Assembly: GCF_009914755.1 (NCBI RefSeq)
Contig: NC_060926.1
Strand: one strand, 5' to 3'
DNA length: 64,000 bases
DNA from: the human T2T-CHM13v2.0 reference genome, Homo sapiens
Shown: positions 39,649 through 51,670 of the stretch, in pieces
Numbering within the stretch: position 1 is the first letter of the stretch
Layout of the letters: each line of letters begins with the position of its first letter
Translations under genes and position numbers: made by a program
Notes under the pieces: model-generated
Seen by the model: only the letters and a program-made list of their open reading frames with translations
What the model was told of the DNA's origin: nothing
Databases searched by the model: none

Positions 39649-40111
39649 GTTGCAAAGACATCTCTTGAGTTTTACTGCTTGACAAAGCTGCTTCTAGGGC
39701 TGTACTCCTGCTGAGAGTTCAAGAAGTCTTCCCTTTTCCCATTTTCTCTTTCCCCTTAGCACCCAGTTCTGCCTGGTTTCTAGTTTTTGGCAATGGAGGT
39801 GAGGAGTGAAATTTGTCCTTGGGATGGACTCCCTGCCCTGCTGCAGCCCCAACTGATAGTCTAATAGAGAAGATGGCACAGTGACTGTCCCAGTGAGGTG
39901 GAGCAGTCACTCCAAACTCATCAACTCTACTTTCTAAATAGCTCCAGACTCTACCTACGTCATACCCTCTCTAGTACTCCCCTAGGCCAAAGCCCGCACA
40001 CACTCTCTGAAGGCCTCCTAACTTCTTCCCTGCTTACACCCCCACCCCATCCCACCCACCCATCAGCCCCACCTGCTTGCCACACAATAGCCTTTAGTGA
40101 TGCTTTTAGAA

Positions 40112-40990
40112 AATAACTCATTTCTCCAAAGAAGATACATGAATGGCCAAAAAGCACATGAAAATACGTTCAACATCATTAGTCATCAGGAAAATGCAAA
40201 CCAAAAACAATAATAAGCTGCCACTTCACACCCACTAAGATGGCTATAATGATAATAATAATTGTCTAAAAGACGAAAAATGAAAAATAACAAGTGTTGT
40301 TGAGGATATGAAGCAACTGGAATCCTAGTACACTGCTGGTGGGAACATAAAATGGTGAAGCTGCTGTGAAAAATAGTTTGTTAGTTCCTCAAAATTTACA
40401 CATAGAACTGCCTCATGACCCAGCAATCCCACTACTAGGCATATATCCAGAAAAAATTGAAAACAGGAGAACAAGTATTTTACATGAATGTTCAGAGCGG
40501 CTCTATTCACAACAGCCAAGAGGTGGAAACAAGCTAAATGTCCATCAATGGATAAATGGATAAACAAACTGTGGTAAATTTACACAAACACACAATGAAT
40601 GTGCAATGAAATATGATTCAGCCATGAAAAGGAATGAAGGAATGAAGTGCTGACACATGCCACCATGTAGGTGAATGAGGCACACATGTCTAAAGGATAG
40701 GAGCCAGATACAAAGGTCACAGATTGTATGATTCCATTGATATGAAATATGCAGAATAGGTAAATCCACAAAAGCAGGTTGGTGGTTGCCAGGGACTGGT
40801 GGAGGTGTGGGAGAATGGGGAATGGCTGCTTAGCATATTAGTGTATAGTATGGGGTTTTATTTTGGGGTGATGAAAATGTTCTGGAAGATAGAGGTGATT
40901 GCACACCACTGAGAATGAATAAGGTGCCACGGACTGTTTACTTTATAGTGGTTCATTTTATCCTATGTGAATTTCACTCCAATTTTTAAA
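40112..40990 (+). mobile_element. L1MB-type 3' end (ORF2 C-terminus + 3' UTR)
   Basis: catttctccaaagaagatac...; ORF 40366 [16 protein letters not shown]; ggggtgatgaaaatgttctgga. Confidence 0.9.
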
Positions 40991-41049
40991 AATGGGCAAA
41001 AAGTATTGAGATGGTATGCAGAGAAAAGAAGGAGGATACTAATGGCTGT

Positions 41050-41615
41050 AAATGTAAATCAGATGATCATAACATTTGGTCAAAACGGGGCTCATGTCCC
41101 ATTGACTTAGAACATAAGCCAAACCTCACGATGGCCTGTAAAGCCCTTCCTTGTCAGGCCCCCACACCCCTCTGAGCTCACGTTCTACCGCCCTTCCCTC
41201 TCAGCCGCCGCACTCCAGCCACCTGCCTGCTTCCTGTCCCAGGATACAAGTGCATTCCAGCCCCAGGGCATTTGCACTGGTTGCCCGTTCTGCCTGAAAC
41301 ACCATTTTCCCATCTAGCTCCTGAGCCTGCTCCCTCGTTTCATGTAGGTCTCTGCTCAAACGTACCCTTTGTCTGGGAAGCTTTCTCTGAACACCTTATG
41401 TGAAATAGCATCTCCCCTGTCATTTTCTAGCCTTTCCCTGCCTTGTCTTCTTAATACCTATCATAGTGTATACCTATGTGTAGTGCCTCTTTCTCTCCCT
41501 AAAATGTGTTACAGAGTAAGAATGTGGTCTGCCTTGCTCACTGCTGTATCCTCAGCCCGTAGAACAGTTCCCGTACTTGGGAGACATTCATAAATATGTG
41601 TTGAATTGAAAAATT
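41050..41615 (+). mobile_element. L2 3' region
   Basis: cagggcatttgcactgg...tctctgctcaaacgt...ctgtatcctcagcccgtagaacag...cataaatatgtgttgaattgaa. Confidence 0.78.
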
Positions 41616-41973
41616 ATATTATTCTGCTGACCCGGGGCTGAACCTCTCATTCAGGTAAGTGCCCTGTTTTGTTCTAAGTGAGGAACAAGATATGTGCTTT
41701 GGGACAGTCTTTTTCTGAAGCTGTTCAGAGGAGGCAGCCTGTTGTGGTGTCATGAGGATGAAGTGAGGTAGTTCATGCCAAACACCCAGGAATGTGGCTG
41801 GCACCTAAGTCAGCCTGGGAAGGAGTGATGATGTGGGAGGCTGGAGCTTGGTGGCTTTTTGGAGAAGATTCCCAGGATGGAAGGAGCACTGAAGGATGCC
41901 TTGGAAGCCTGGATTCCCACCCCAGCTTTTCTTAGCTTCAGGGCCCCACTCACCTTCATGGTGAAGATACGCG

Positions 41974-42378
41974 TGTATTGCGCTGAATTGTGCACACCTC
42001 CAAATTCATACATTGAAGCCCTAACCCCAGTACCTCAGAGCAGGACTATATTTGGAGATAGAGCATTTAAGGAGGTGATTAAGTGAAAATAAGGTTATTA
42101 GGGTGGCCCTAAGGCAATCGGACTGGTATTCTTATAAGAAAAGGAAATGTGGACACCAGAGACAGCAGGGATGAGAACGCAGAGAGGAAAGAGCATGTGA
42201 GGACACAGCGGGAAGGTGGCCACCCATAAGCACAGGAGAGAGGCTTCAGGAGAAATCGCCCCCACTGACACCTTGACCTTGCACTTCCAGCCTCCAGACT
42301 GGCAAAAATTAATTTCTGCTCCTTAAGCCACCCAGTCTGCGGTATGTTGTAGTGGCAACCTGAGCTGATGAGGACACA
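41974..42378 (+). mobile_element. MLT1B solo LTR
   Basis: ctgaattgtg...caaattcatacattgaagccctaaccccagtacctcag...ttaagccacccagtctgcggtat. Confidence 0.88.
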
Positions 42379-42913
42379 GGGTTGGATAGCAGGGTCTCAA
42401 GGCCTCCACTCATTTAACCTTCAAAGACTTCATCACCACCCCGTGTGGGATGAGCCCCCAGCTCTGCTCTTGCTGGCTGTGGGATTTGGGTCCATTTCTC
42501 AACACCCCAGATCTTGACAGTCCCCATCTGACAACCAGATGGGAGCTCAGTGTGGCCAAGTGGTGACCAAGGTCAAGTGTGGCCATGGAGGTCAGGTGCC
42601 CAGCACAGCACAGGCACGGTGGGGCCGCACCAGCCCATGGCATCGCCTCACACAGATGACTCAGTCTCCCTGTGTGCAGCATCCTCATCTGTGCGGCAGT
42701 TATTTTAAGAATTAAGTGAGAGACTCTCTGGCTGGCAGGAGATAAGTGCCCAATACATTTTAGCTATTATCAGTAGCAACATTCTGCTCCTTCTGCAGAA
42801 ATTCAGCAAGAATGTCTATTGATTCTCGGTATGACTTTTAATAACACGATAGCTCAATCTTTTTTGAGTGCTTATTTTGTCCTAACACTTTACATGAAGT
42901 ACCATTCATGGTA

Positions 42914-42950
42914 AAATAAATAAATAAATAAATAAATAATAAATAAAATA
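42914..42950. repeat. (taaa)n microsatellite
   Basis: read directly. Confidence 0.85.
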
Positions 42951-43389
42951 CAAACAACAGGGAACACTTCTTTTTGTTGAGATATAAATATCTGTGTGTG
43001 TATATATATATAAATAGCTTTTAAATTAATTATCTTTTAGTAAACACTGTATTCCTTGCAGAAGTTAATTTGGAGACTTCTCATGTATAATTGGCCCCTC
43101 AACACATGTGGGCTAAACTGACTGTGCTGCTTTTGAAAATAAGTTTAGGATGATTCAAAGTCTTTTGAGCTTGCTTGGTGCAGATCATGTCTCCAACCCT
43201 GTGGAACTACATACTACTGAATTTAAACACTGCATTTAAAATAAACAACAGCACACGGATTGTAAACACAAAGAAACATAATTTGGGTTCTTCATTCTAC
43301 CCCTCATGTGAACAGAGTTTTCATTTGTGTTTAAAATTTAAAACAGTGAAACTGTGTGAGCTGAGAGGTATACTGTTTTTGTATGGTAA

Positions 43390-43676
<287 letters not shown>

Positions 43677-43736
43677 ATTTTTTTATTGTTAATTGCCTAC
43701 CTTAAGACTAAAGTACTGATTAAGAAAACATTGCTT

Positions 43737-43860
43737 GGATACCCTATTTACCTTGATGTGATTGTCGTCTATTGCATGCAGGTATCGACATATCTTATGT
43801 AACCTATAAATATATACACCTACTATGTACCCGCAAAATTTTTTAAAAATTAAAAAAAAA
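43737..43860 (+). mobile_element. Extremely 5'-truncated L1MA 3' end
   Basis: ataaatatatacacctactatgtaccc + A tail; perfect 15-bp TSD aagaaaacattgctt at 43722-43736 and 43860-43874. Confidence 0.9.
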
Positions 43861-45703
43861 AGAAAACATTGCTTATGCTGAAAATAATTTTGTTGTGCAG
43901 AGGAGGGGGTGTTAAAAAATAATAAATTCCAGGTGTCAAATACACGAGTTAGGCCACCAAGCAAGAAGAGTACTTTTCAAATGCAAACCAGACCCTGCAA
44001 CCCCCTGAAGCTTCAGCCTCAGACCCCGACACCTCACATGGATGTTCCCTGCCCAAATGCTGCCTCACCCAGGGCCATGGGCAGTTTTCAGGGCAGGCAC
44101 AAGTGGAGAACCATGATCTGGTGGTGGGCTGGCGATACAGGGGGTTCTTACAGCTTTGAAACCCTGGACACAAGGTTCTAACATTAGATCCACCCCTGCC
44201 TTGCTGGGCAGCCTCAGACAAGCCCTTGCCCGTGGGGCCCTTGGTTTCCTTTCCTTTACAATAAGGGCTTAGCCTGGACGGTATCCAAGGACCCTTTTAT
44301 GCCCCGTGACTTGGCCTTTTTCGAGGCCTGATGTTAGTTCAGTCTAGGCTGGTAGAGTTCATTTCTGGAAAGGAAGAAATAAAAATGCAAATTGTTTGTG
44401 ATTCAAGAGAAAGTTAGACCAATCTCTTCCTTGTTTATGGACTTGCCTTTGTCAGCTTCCTCAGTCTGTTCACTGCTTTGGCACCAAAATAGAGCCCTAA
44501 TTATCTATAGGCAGCAATTGTTTCCTCCCCAGGAAAACGCCTTTCTTTCTTTTTTAAACAGAAATTTGTATGGAGTGGAGAAAATGTGCACTTTTCTAAG
44601 TAAGTAACATGGTTGTAATCTCTGGAATATAAGAAAAACAATTCCCCAATGCACTCCCCCTGAAATCCCCTGGCCCGCATGGGTAGAGCTTACAAGAGCA
44701 GGGCCAGTCAGGTATGCCGGAAAGAGCTTGATGCTGGGGTCAGACCTGGGAACAAATGCTGGCTTTGGGCCGGTCTCTCCCCATTCTGAATTTTATCATC
44801 TTTCAAACGGAGATTATGGTTCCTGCTTATCCTAACTTACAGAATGCACTGAGAAGCACTGTTCCAAACGCACAGGGCACACCGTTTCAGCTCAGTCAGA
44901 GCTTGGAGATTTGGAGATAAATGGGAGGGAGCCCCTGAACCCCAGGAGTATCCCCTCCTTCTTCTTGCTGGGCTATTCTGGGAGAATTGAGAAGAAAAAG
45001 CCTTCACTGCAGGAGGAAGGAAGATTTGGGGAGGGGCAAAGTTTGGTGGGGTCTTGGTAAATAAAGAGGGCATGGCAGGTGGACGGACTGCTGTGAGTGA
45101 AGGTTTTGGGGAAAGAGGATGCATGGTCTGCTGAGCAGAGGTTGGGCTAGAGAGGAGGCGAGAAGCAGGAGATGAGGTTGGAAGGTGTGCTGAGTGGACT
45201 GGTTTGGGTGATGAAGTGGAGTGGGCGGTGGGTGGGGGTGGTCCAAGCAGGAGGAACTGCTTGAGCAAAGGTAAGAGGCAGGGTGTTGGTATAGGACTCT
45301 GCAACCGGCACAGCCACGGTCCACACTTTAAATCCTCAAAATGGATTGTCTTGTGCTGTTTCTTTCTGAATTTGTCCAAGGAAGCAGAGAGAGGAGGAAA
45401 AAAGAATTCTTTTTCACGTTCCTGTGACATCCTCAGTGCCAGAAGTTGTCACTGAGCTGATGCATTATCTCACCTACTCTTTCAAGTAATATAATATGTA
45501 GTTACAACCATTTGCATTTTACAGAAAACAGAAACTTAATGAGTTAAAGATCAGCCCAAGGTCACAGAGATAGAAACAAGGTGAAGAGCAGAACTCAAGC
45601 CCTTAGACAACTTGGGAAATGGCCAGTCCATTGGCATCTTTAGCAATCAGAGTTTTTGACTCCTAGCAACTAAAGCAATGCTGCCAATATGAATAGAAAG
45701 GGG

Positions 45704-46078
45704 TGATATGGTTTGGCTGTGTCCCCATCAAATCTCATCTTGAATCATAGTTCCCATAATCCCCATGTGTTGTGTGAGGGACCTGGTGGGAGGTAATTGA
45801 ATCATGGGGGCAGGTATCTTCCCCCGTCTCATTTTCATGATAGTAAATAAGTCTCATGAGATCTGATGGTTTTATAAAGGGCAGTTTCCCTGCACACGCT
45901 TTCTTGCCTGCCGCCATGTAAGACATGCCTTTGCACCTCCTTTGCCTTACTCCATGATTGTAACTTTCCTGAGGCTTCCCCAACCATGCTGAATTGTCAG
46001 TCAATTAAACCTCTTTCCTTTATAAATTACCCATTCTCAAGTATGTCTTTATTAGCAGTGTGAGAGCAGACTAATACA
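45704..46078 (+). mobile_element. THE1C/B MaLR solo LTR
   Basis: tgatatggtttggctgtgtcccc...gagatctgatggttttataaagggcagtttccc...attaaa...gactaataca. Confidence 0.92.
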
Positions 46079-47549
46079 GGAGGTGAATTAAAAGGGTAGC
46101 TCAAGGAGTCCAGGAGGGCTAAGAACTAGGCCTGGGACAAATATCAAATGGCAAGACTGGACAGGGAGAACATGAATGCCTCTGCCATTGAACACTAGAT
46201 GCTTTTACTGGCTCCACTGGTGTGCCCAGCCTTGGATACTGGACTCTGGACTTGGCCATTGTCACCTGTTAAGTGGCCACTCCTGGCCCAGGAGCTCAAA
46301 CTGCTGAAGCTACTGCTTCTCCTCACCCCCTGCCTAGCATGAGAGAATGTCCTCCCGCTCCAGATCACCAGCCCTGGATCAAATTTAGGCAGTTGAAGCT
46401 GACGGGTAGAGCCCAGGATACGAGCTCCTGCTCTGTCTGGAGGCAGGTGGCAATATCATGACTGGTCATTTTCAGCTTGTATTGTAGGAGACAGGCAGAC
46501 ACTGCCTCCCACCAAGACTCAAGGGTGGCCAATATCCCATACACAGAGAAGAAGTTCAGGTTTCTTTTCTTATCAATGAGAATGACAAATACCCACTCAA
46601 CATCGTTACTGGGTACACGCTTTGTGTGAGGCTTGACTATTGGGGTCCCAAGGAAGAAGGGGATGGCCTTTCCATCATGGAGTAAGGGCTAATTTCAGAG
46701 GCCAGCATGTAGGTTCCAAACCCGGCTTTCCCTCATTTGATCCTCAAACACCCCATCGGGGGGCCTGGACAGGACTTATCAGGCTTGTGTTACAGACGAA
46801 GAAACAGAGGTCCAGCGAATGGAAGTGCCTTGCCCATGGTCATGGAGGTCATGAGTGCAAACTGGTCTTGCACCCAGGGGAATCTGGATTCTAACTCAAA
46901 TCTTTCTCTGCTGCATGGAGACCAGGGCACTGAGGGAAATAGGCTTTTCTCAGAACCAGCTCTGCCTGTTTGACACTCGATCTGGGCTGGGGAGGAGGGG
47001 GCAGGAATGAGCACTGCATCCCAGGGGAAGGGCTGGTGAACGTTCTGTGCGATGACTGTGCCTGCACTGAATCCCCTCTTGTCTGTGCTTCTCCCAGGAG
47101 GGGATGTGTGGGAGGGCAGTGGGCTGGTGGCAGAATTCAAGAATGCCCATTCTTTCAGCAGGGAGGCCAGCTGATCGTGGCTTGTGCGTCGTTGGTCTCT
47201 GTGGAGAGTTTGGAGTGCAGCTCTCAGAGGCCATGGCCGGCAGCATCTTCGGCATTTCGGGGCCTCTGCTGACTCTTGGTTCAAACCACAAAGCCTCTGC
47301 CCGAAAGCATAGGGGCGGGGCCACAGGCTGGCCTCATTGGTAGCCTGGGTGGTGGTCGGTTTACCAAGGTTGTCCAAATACAGTGGGAGGGTTCCGAGCG
47401 CTGGGAAGAAAGCGTCCTGGTCAAAGGGTGGCTGACCCATGTCCTGGTGAGCCTCCTGCAGCTTGCCTTGTCTGCTCACCTGCCTGAACCATAAAGAAAC
47501 TCCCGTGATACTTTGGGCCGTGAGCCTGGAGAGGCGTTCTGGTCTTAGG

Positions 47550-47790
47550 GGAAGCGCATTGAACCTGGAGTCACCAGACACAGGCACAGTCCCAGATCTA
47601 CTGGAGCACAGATATGTAGCCTCAGGCAAGTCACTTAACAAATCTAAGCCTCAATTTTCTCTCCCCTCAACTGGGGTAATAATATTGTGAGAAATAACAG
47701 AGCTTGCAGACGTGAAAGTGCCGCAGTGCATGGTACATCATCGATCCTCAATAAGTATATGTGGAATGAGTGAATAGTGGAATGGATCAA
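47550..47790 (+). mobile_element. MIR
   Basis: gcctcaggcaagtcacttaacaaatctaagcctcaattttc. Confidence 0.7.
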
Positions 47791-50700
47791 CATAAACTGC
47801 CCCAGCGTCCTAGGAAGGAGTGTGTACCTTTGGCAAGGAGCGGCTGGGTGGATGGAATCAGAGGCATTATGTTTCGTGTTCTGAGGGCCCTTAAGTATCT
47901 GGTCCAATGTCATCACTGTAAAGGTGGAGAAAGGAAGAGTTGGAGATGGGAAGGGACTTCCCCAAGGTCACATGGTGGCTGACAGAGCTAGGGACACTTC
48001 ATTGAGTCCCATCCCCTGCCCTGAGTCACTTCTTAATCTCTCTGCAGCCACTCCAGCTTTCAAACACACAGTGGAGGCCAGAGATAAAAAGAGAGGCATG
48101 GAATCGTCATTGCCATCATTTCATGTCATTTCAAACTGATCAGACTTGGGTTTCAATTCCTAGCTGGGTGGCTTTGTTGAAGCCGCCCAGCTTTCTAGGC
48201 CTCAGTTTCCCATATCGAGAGGATTATGTAACCCTCTGTGAAGATTAAATGCCTGGTAAGAAATGTGGGGATGGAAGCCCTAATTGTGGACTAATCGGAC
48301 AGGATCAGAACCCACTTCTCCCCTGCTGGGGGCTGTCGTCAGTGGAGACTTGCTGGGCAGAGTCCCTGGGAGGGCAGAGAGGAGGACAGGGTGGCAGGCT
48401 CTCATTCCCCTGGGCCAGGAGGAGGAAAGTAAGACTTGGAATGGCGGCCTGCCTGGCCTATAGCCCATCTGCTTCTGACCCGTGGCATGAGCCTGGGCAA
48501 GTAGCTGCCCTTCTCTGGCCTTGGCACTCCCGTCTATAAAATGAGAGTGTTTGCTTAGATGATTTTTAAGAGCATCTCCATCTCTGATGTTTAAACCTTC
48601 TTTAAATGCATTCATTCCAAAACTCCTGGCAGTGTTTCCAGGGGCCACATTTCCTACTCAGTCCGTTTTGAAATAATGACTAGGGAGCTCATTAGCACTC
48701 TCTGCCCTTACAGGCAGTTCCGGGGAGGGGACACATTTTCTGCACTTGTGCCCATGCCAATTTTCCAACATTTCATGTTCTCAAATAATAATAACTGTTA
48801 TTTCTACTAGACGGTTCCCTCACAAAGACCTCTCTGTGCCAAGGTGCCTGGGGCTGGGGTCTGGGCACACAGTTTTGGCAATCTCCTCCCTCTGAGAATG
48901 TGTCTACACCTGCAAGACAATTAACCAAGTCATTTAGGTGAAAACCCACCACTTTACACCTGAAATATGCCAATAGTGGAGAAGAACAACCTGTGAGAGT
49001 GCTTCTGACATTCATTATCCGAATAGTCGCCTCAGATCTTCACTTAGCATCTCCAGAAGTAGCCTCACTGAAGTAAGCGTTTTCCCAAAAGCAATATACA
49101 GGGCTTCTAAACCTTCCCTCGCTGGTTAGAGAGGGAGGGACCGGTGCTGTGGGTTCCCAGGCTGTCTCCTGGGCTACATCTCAGGCAATGTGGTTTCATA
49201 CCACTTTGCACCAGTGTCTGAGGCCCCTTTCTTCCTCTGGGCCCGTGTGATATGCCTCTGTGAATGAAGGGACTGAAATTCCTTACAGTTCACAGGGCAC
49301 TCCCGTGCATGGCTCCCCTGGACCCTCTCCCCATCCCTGGGAAGTGGGTGCCATCCTACTGCCAGAAGAGACCAAAGCTCTGCACATGAGGCTTTCTAAG
49401 GTTCCATGGCCAAGGGGGCTCCGACCATTTGCGGGGCTCCAGATGGGGCCTCTCACACTGCCTCACGACCTCGGCCAGCTCTGCAGAGCAGCCCTGGGGC
49501 TGGGTGCCACGGGCTGGGCAGGGGTCCAACCTGCCTGCAAATGCATGATGGGAAGCTCCCTGTGCAGTGGCTCGCTTTTGTCCCCCTTTGACTTGACACA
49601 GCCCAGAGACACAGTAACAGAGCAGCCCTGTGGTCCACAGAGAGCAGTGGGAGGAGGAGAGGCCTGTGGTTCCCCCCCAACAGAGGTGAGGATGAAAGGG
49701 AGCTAGTGAGCTAGGTTGGCCTCTCTGACCCAGCCAGAAGAAGCGTCCCCTCCATCAGCCCTGGTAGTGGAGCGCTCCTGGTGTGCATACCTTGGGAAAG
49801 ACAGACAGCAGGACCTGGGGTGAGCCCCGCTTTGTCTCTTCTGCCTGTGCCGTACTGGCTTCGTCACCCCATCCCTCCAAACCTCAGTCTCCACCTCTGC
49901 AAAACGGAGGCTCTAACACCTCCCTTGCAGGCCTACTGTTGGATGTGGGGAAGGACCCGCTCAGAACCCGGCACATGTGTGTGATCATTTCTCCCACTCT
50001 GGGTCTGAGCCATGAGTCCCCACAAAGAGATGCTTAGCCCCAGCAAAACTGGTATCTGCTGGTCTGTTTCCAGGTGACCTCCTGTAACCCCTTCCGCCCT
50101 GGGCAGGTCGGCTGACCTGTGACCCTGAGGTGTTGACAGAATCTCTGACCTCTGGGAAGGAGCAGGTCACTTTACCAAGTTTGTGCAAATAGATAAAGAA
50201 CAAAGTGGCCCATAAATCAGAGCAACAGGAAAAACAAATAATTCTCTCCCCCCTTGGGAAAGAAGCCGCCGCGGTGTGGGTGGAGGTGGAGGGTGAGGGG
50301 AACGCTGTCCAGGTTACCTTCGTGGTTTCTCCTGATGCCGCTGAGCGGCTGCCCACCTGGATGGAGGTGGAGATGGGCAACCTTGGGAAGAGGACTGTGC
50401 CAGGCCGGGGCAGGGCAGTGGGTCCTGTCCTGCAAGGTCCTGGTGAATTCTTCCTCAACTGCAGAGGAGGGGAGGCATTTGGGGACCTCGAGGTCTCTTC
50501 CTGGAACCTGGCCCCTGAGAGAAGGCTGCCCATCTGGGATTTGGGGAGTGGAAGTCTCTTCTCTCGGTGGGCATTTCTAGTTATTCTACCTCATGGTGGT
50601 GCAGAGCAAGCCAGGACGGGGCCTCACCAGCCTGGATCCTGAACAAACCACTGCTGTATGGTCGCAGGCTCACAGCGCCCCGAGTCTCAGTTTCCCCAAG

Positions 50701-51009
50701 TGTAAATGGGAGTTGCCCCTGTCCTGCCCGTTCTCTGGCATGTGGTGAGAGTGACAGTGCATGTGGAGTGGCCCAGTGTCCTCATAGGGCCGGGTTCCCA
50801 CCCTGGCTCCATCGCAGGGGGAGTGTGCAAGTGATTGCACCAGTCAAGGCTCAGTTTCCTTTTTGTAAGCCAGCGATGGTGACAGTACCTGCCCTTTGGA
50901 ATTAAAGGGAGGATTAAAGGACACACTATCTAAGACACCAGGCATATGCACCAGGTGTTCACTAAAAAATATTTCTCCCTACCCTCGTCTCATTGCAAAC
51001 ACACCCTCT

Positions 51010-51340
<331 letters not shown>

Positions 51341-51569
51341 ACCCACCCTCCTTCCCCTAACATGGGTATATTTCAGGGTTGGATCCAGGGATTCATTGAA
51401 AGGTAAAGTCTAAGTGTGGACAAGCCCACATGGCCCACGCCACCCTGCCCAGGCCTGACCCTCGGACCCCCTCTCAACCTTGCATGTTCTGCTCCTTCCA
51501 CACCCCGCTCCCTGCTGCTCCTTGAAAGCCACACCCACGTCCCACTCAGGGTGCTGTGCTTGCTCTTCC

Positions 51570-51670
51570 TAGGGTGACCAAGGAACAGTAGCACCCCCAG
51601 GACTGAGGCATGTCCAAGATGTGGGATTTCTAGGGTTGACATCGGGATAGTCCTGGGCAAACCTGTGTTT
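51570..51670 (+). mobile_element. MER81-like hAT element
   Basis: tagggtgacca...caggactgagg...gtgggatttc...gggatagtcctgggcaaacc. Confidence 0.65.

Noticed and set aside
46790-47641. Longest ORF (283 aa, minus strand)
   Set aside because: Starts inside a MIR, low-complexity P/S/A/R composition, no recognisable domain or exon structure; expected by chance in GC-rich DNA.
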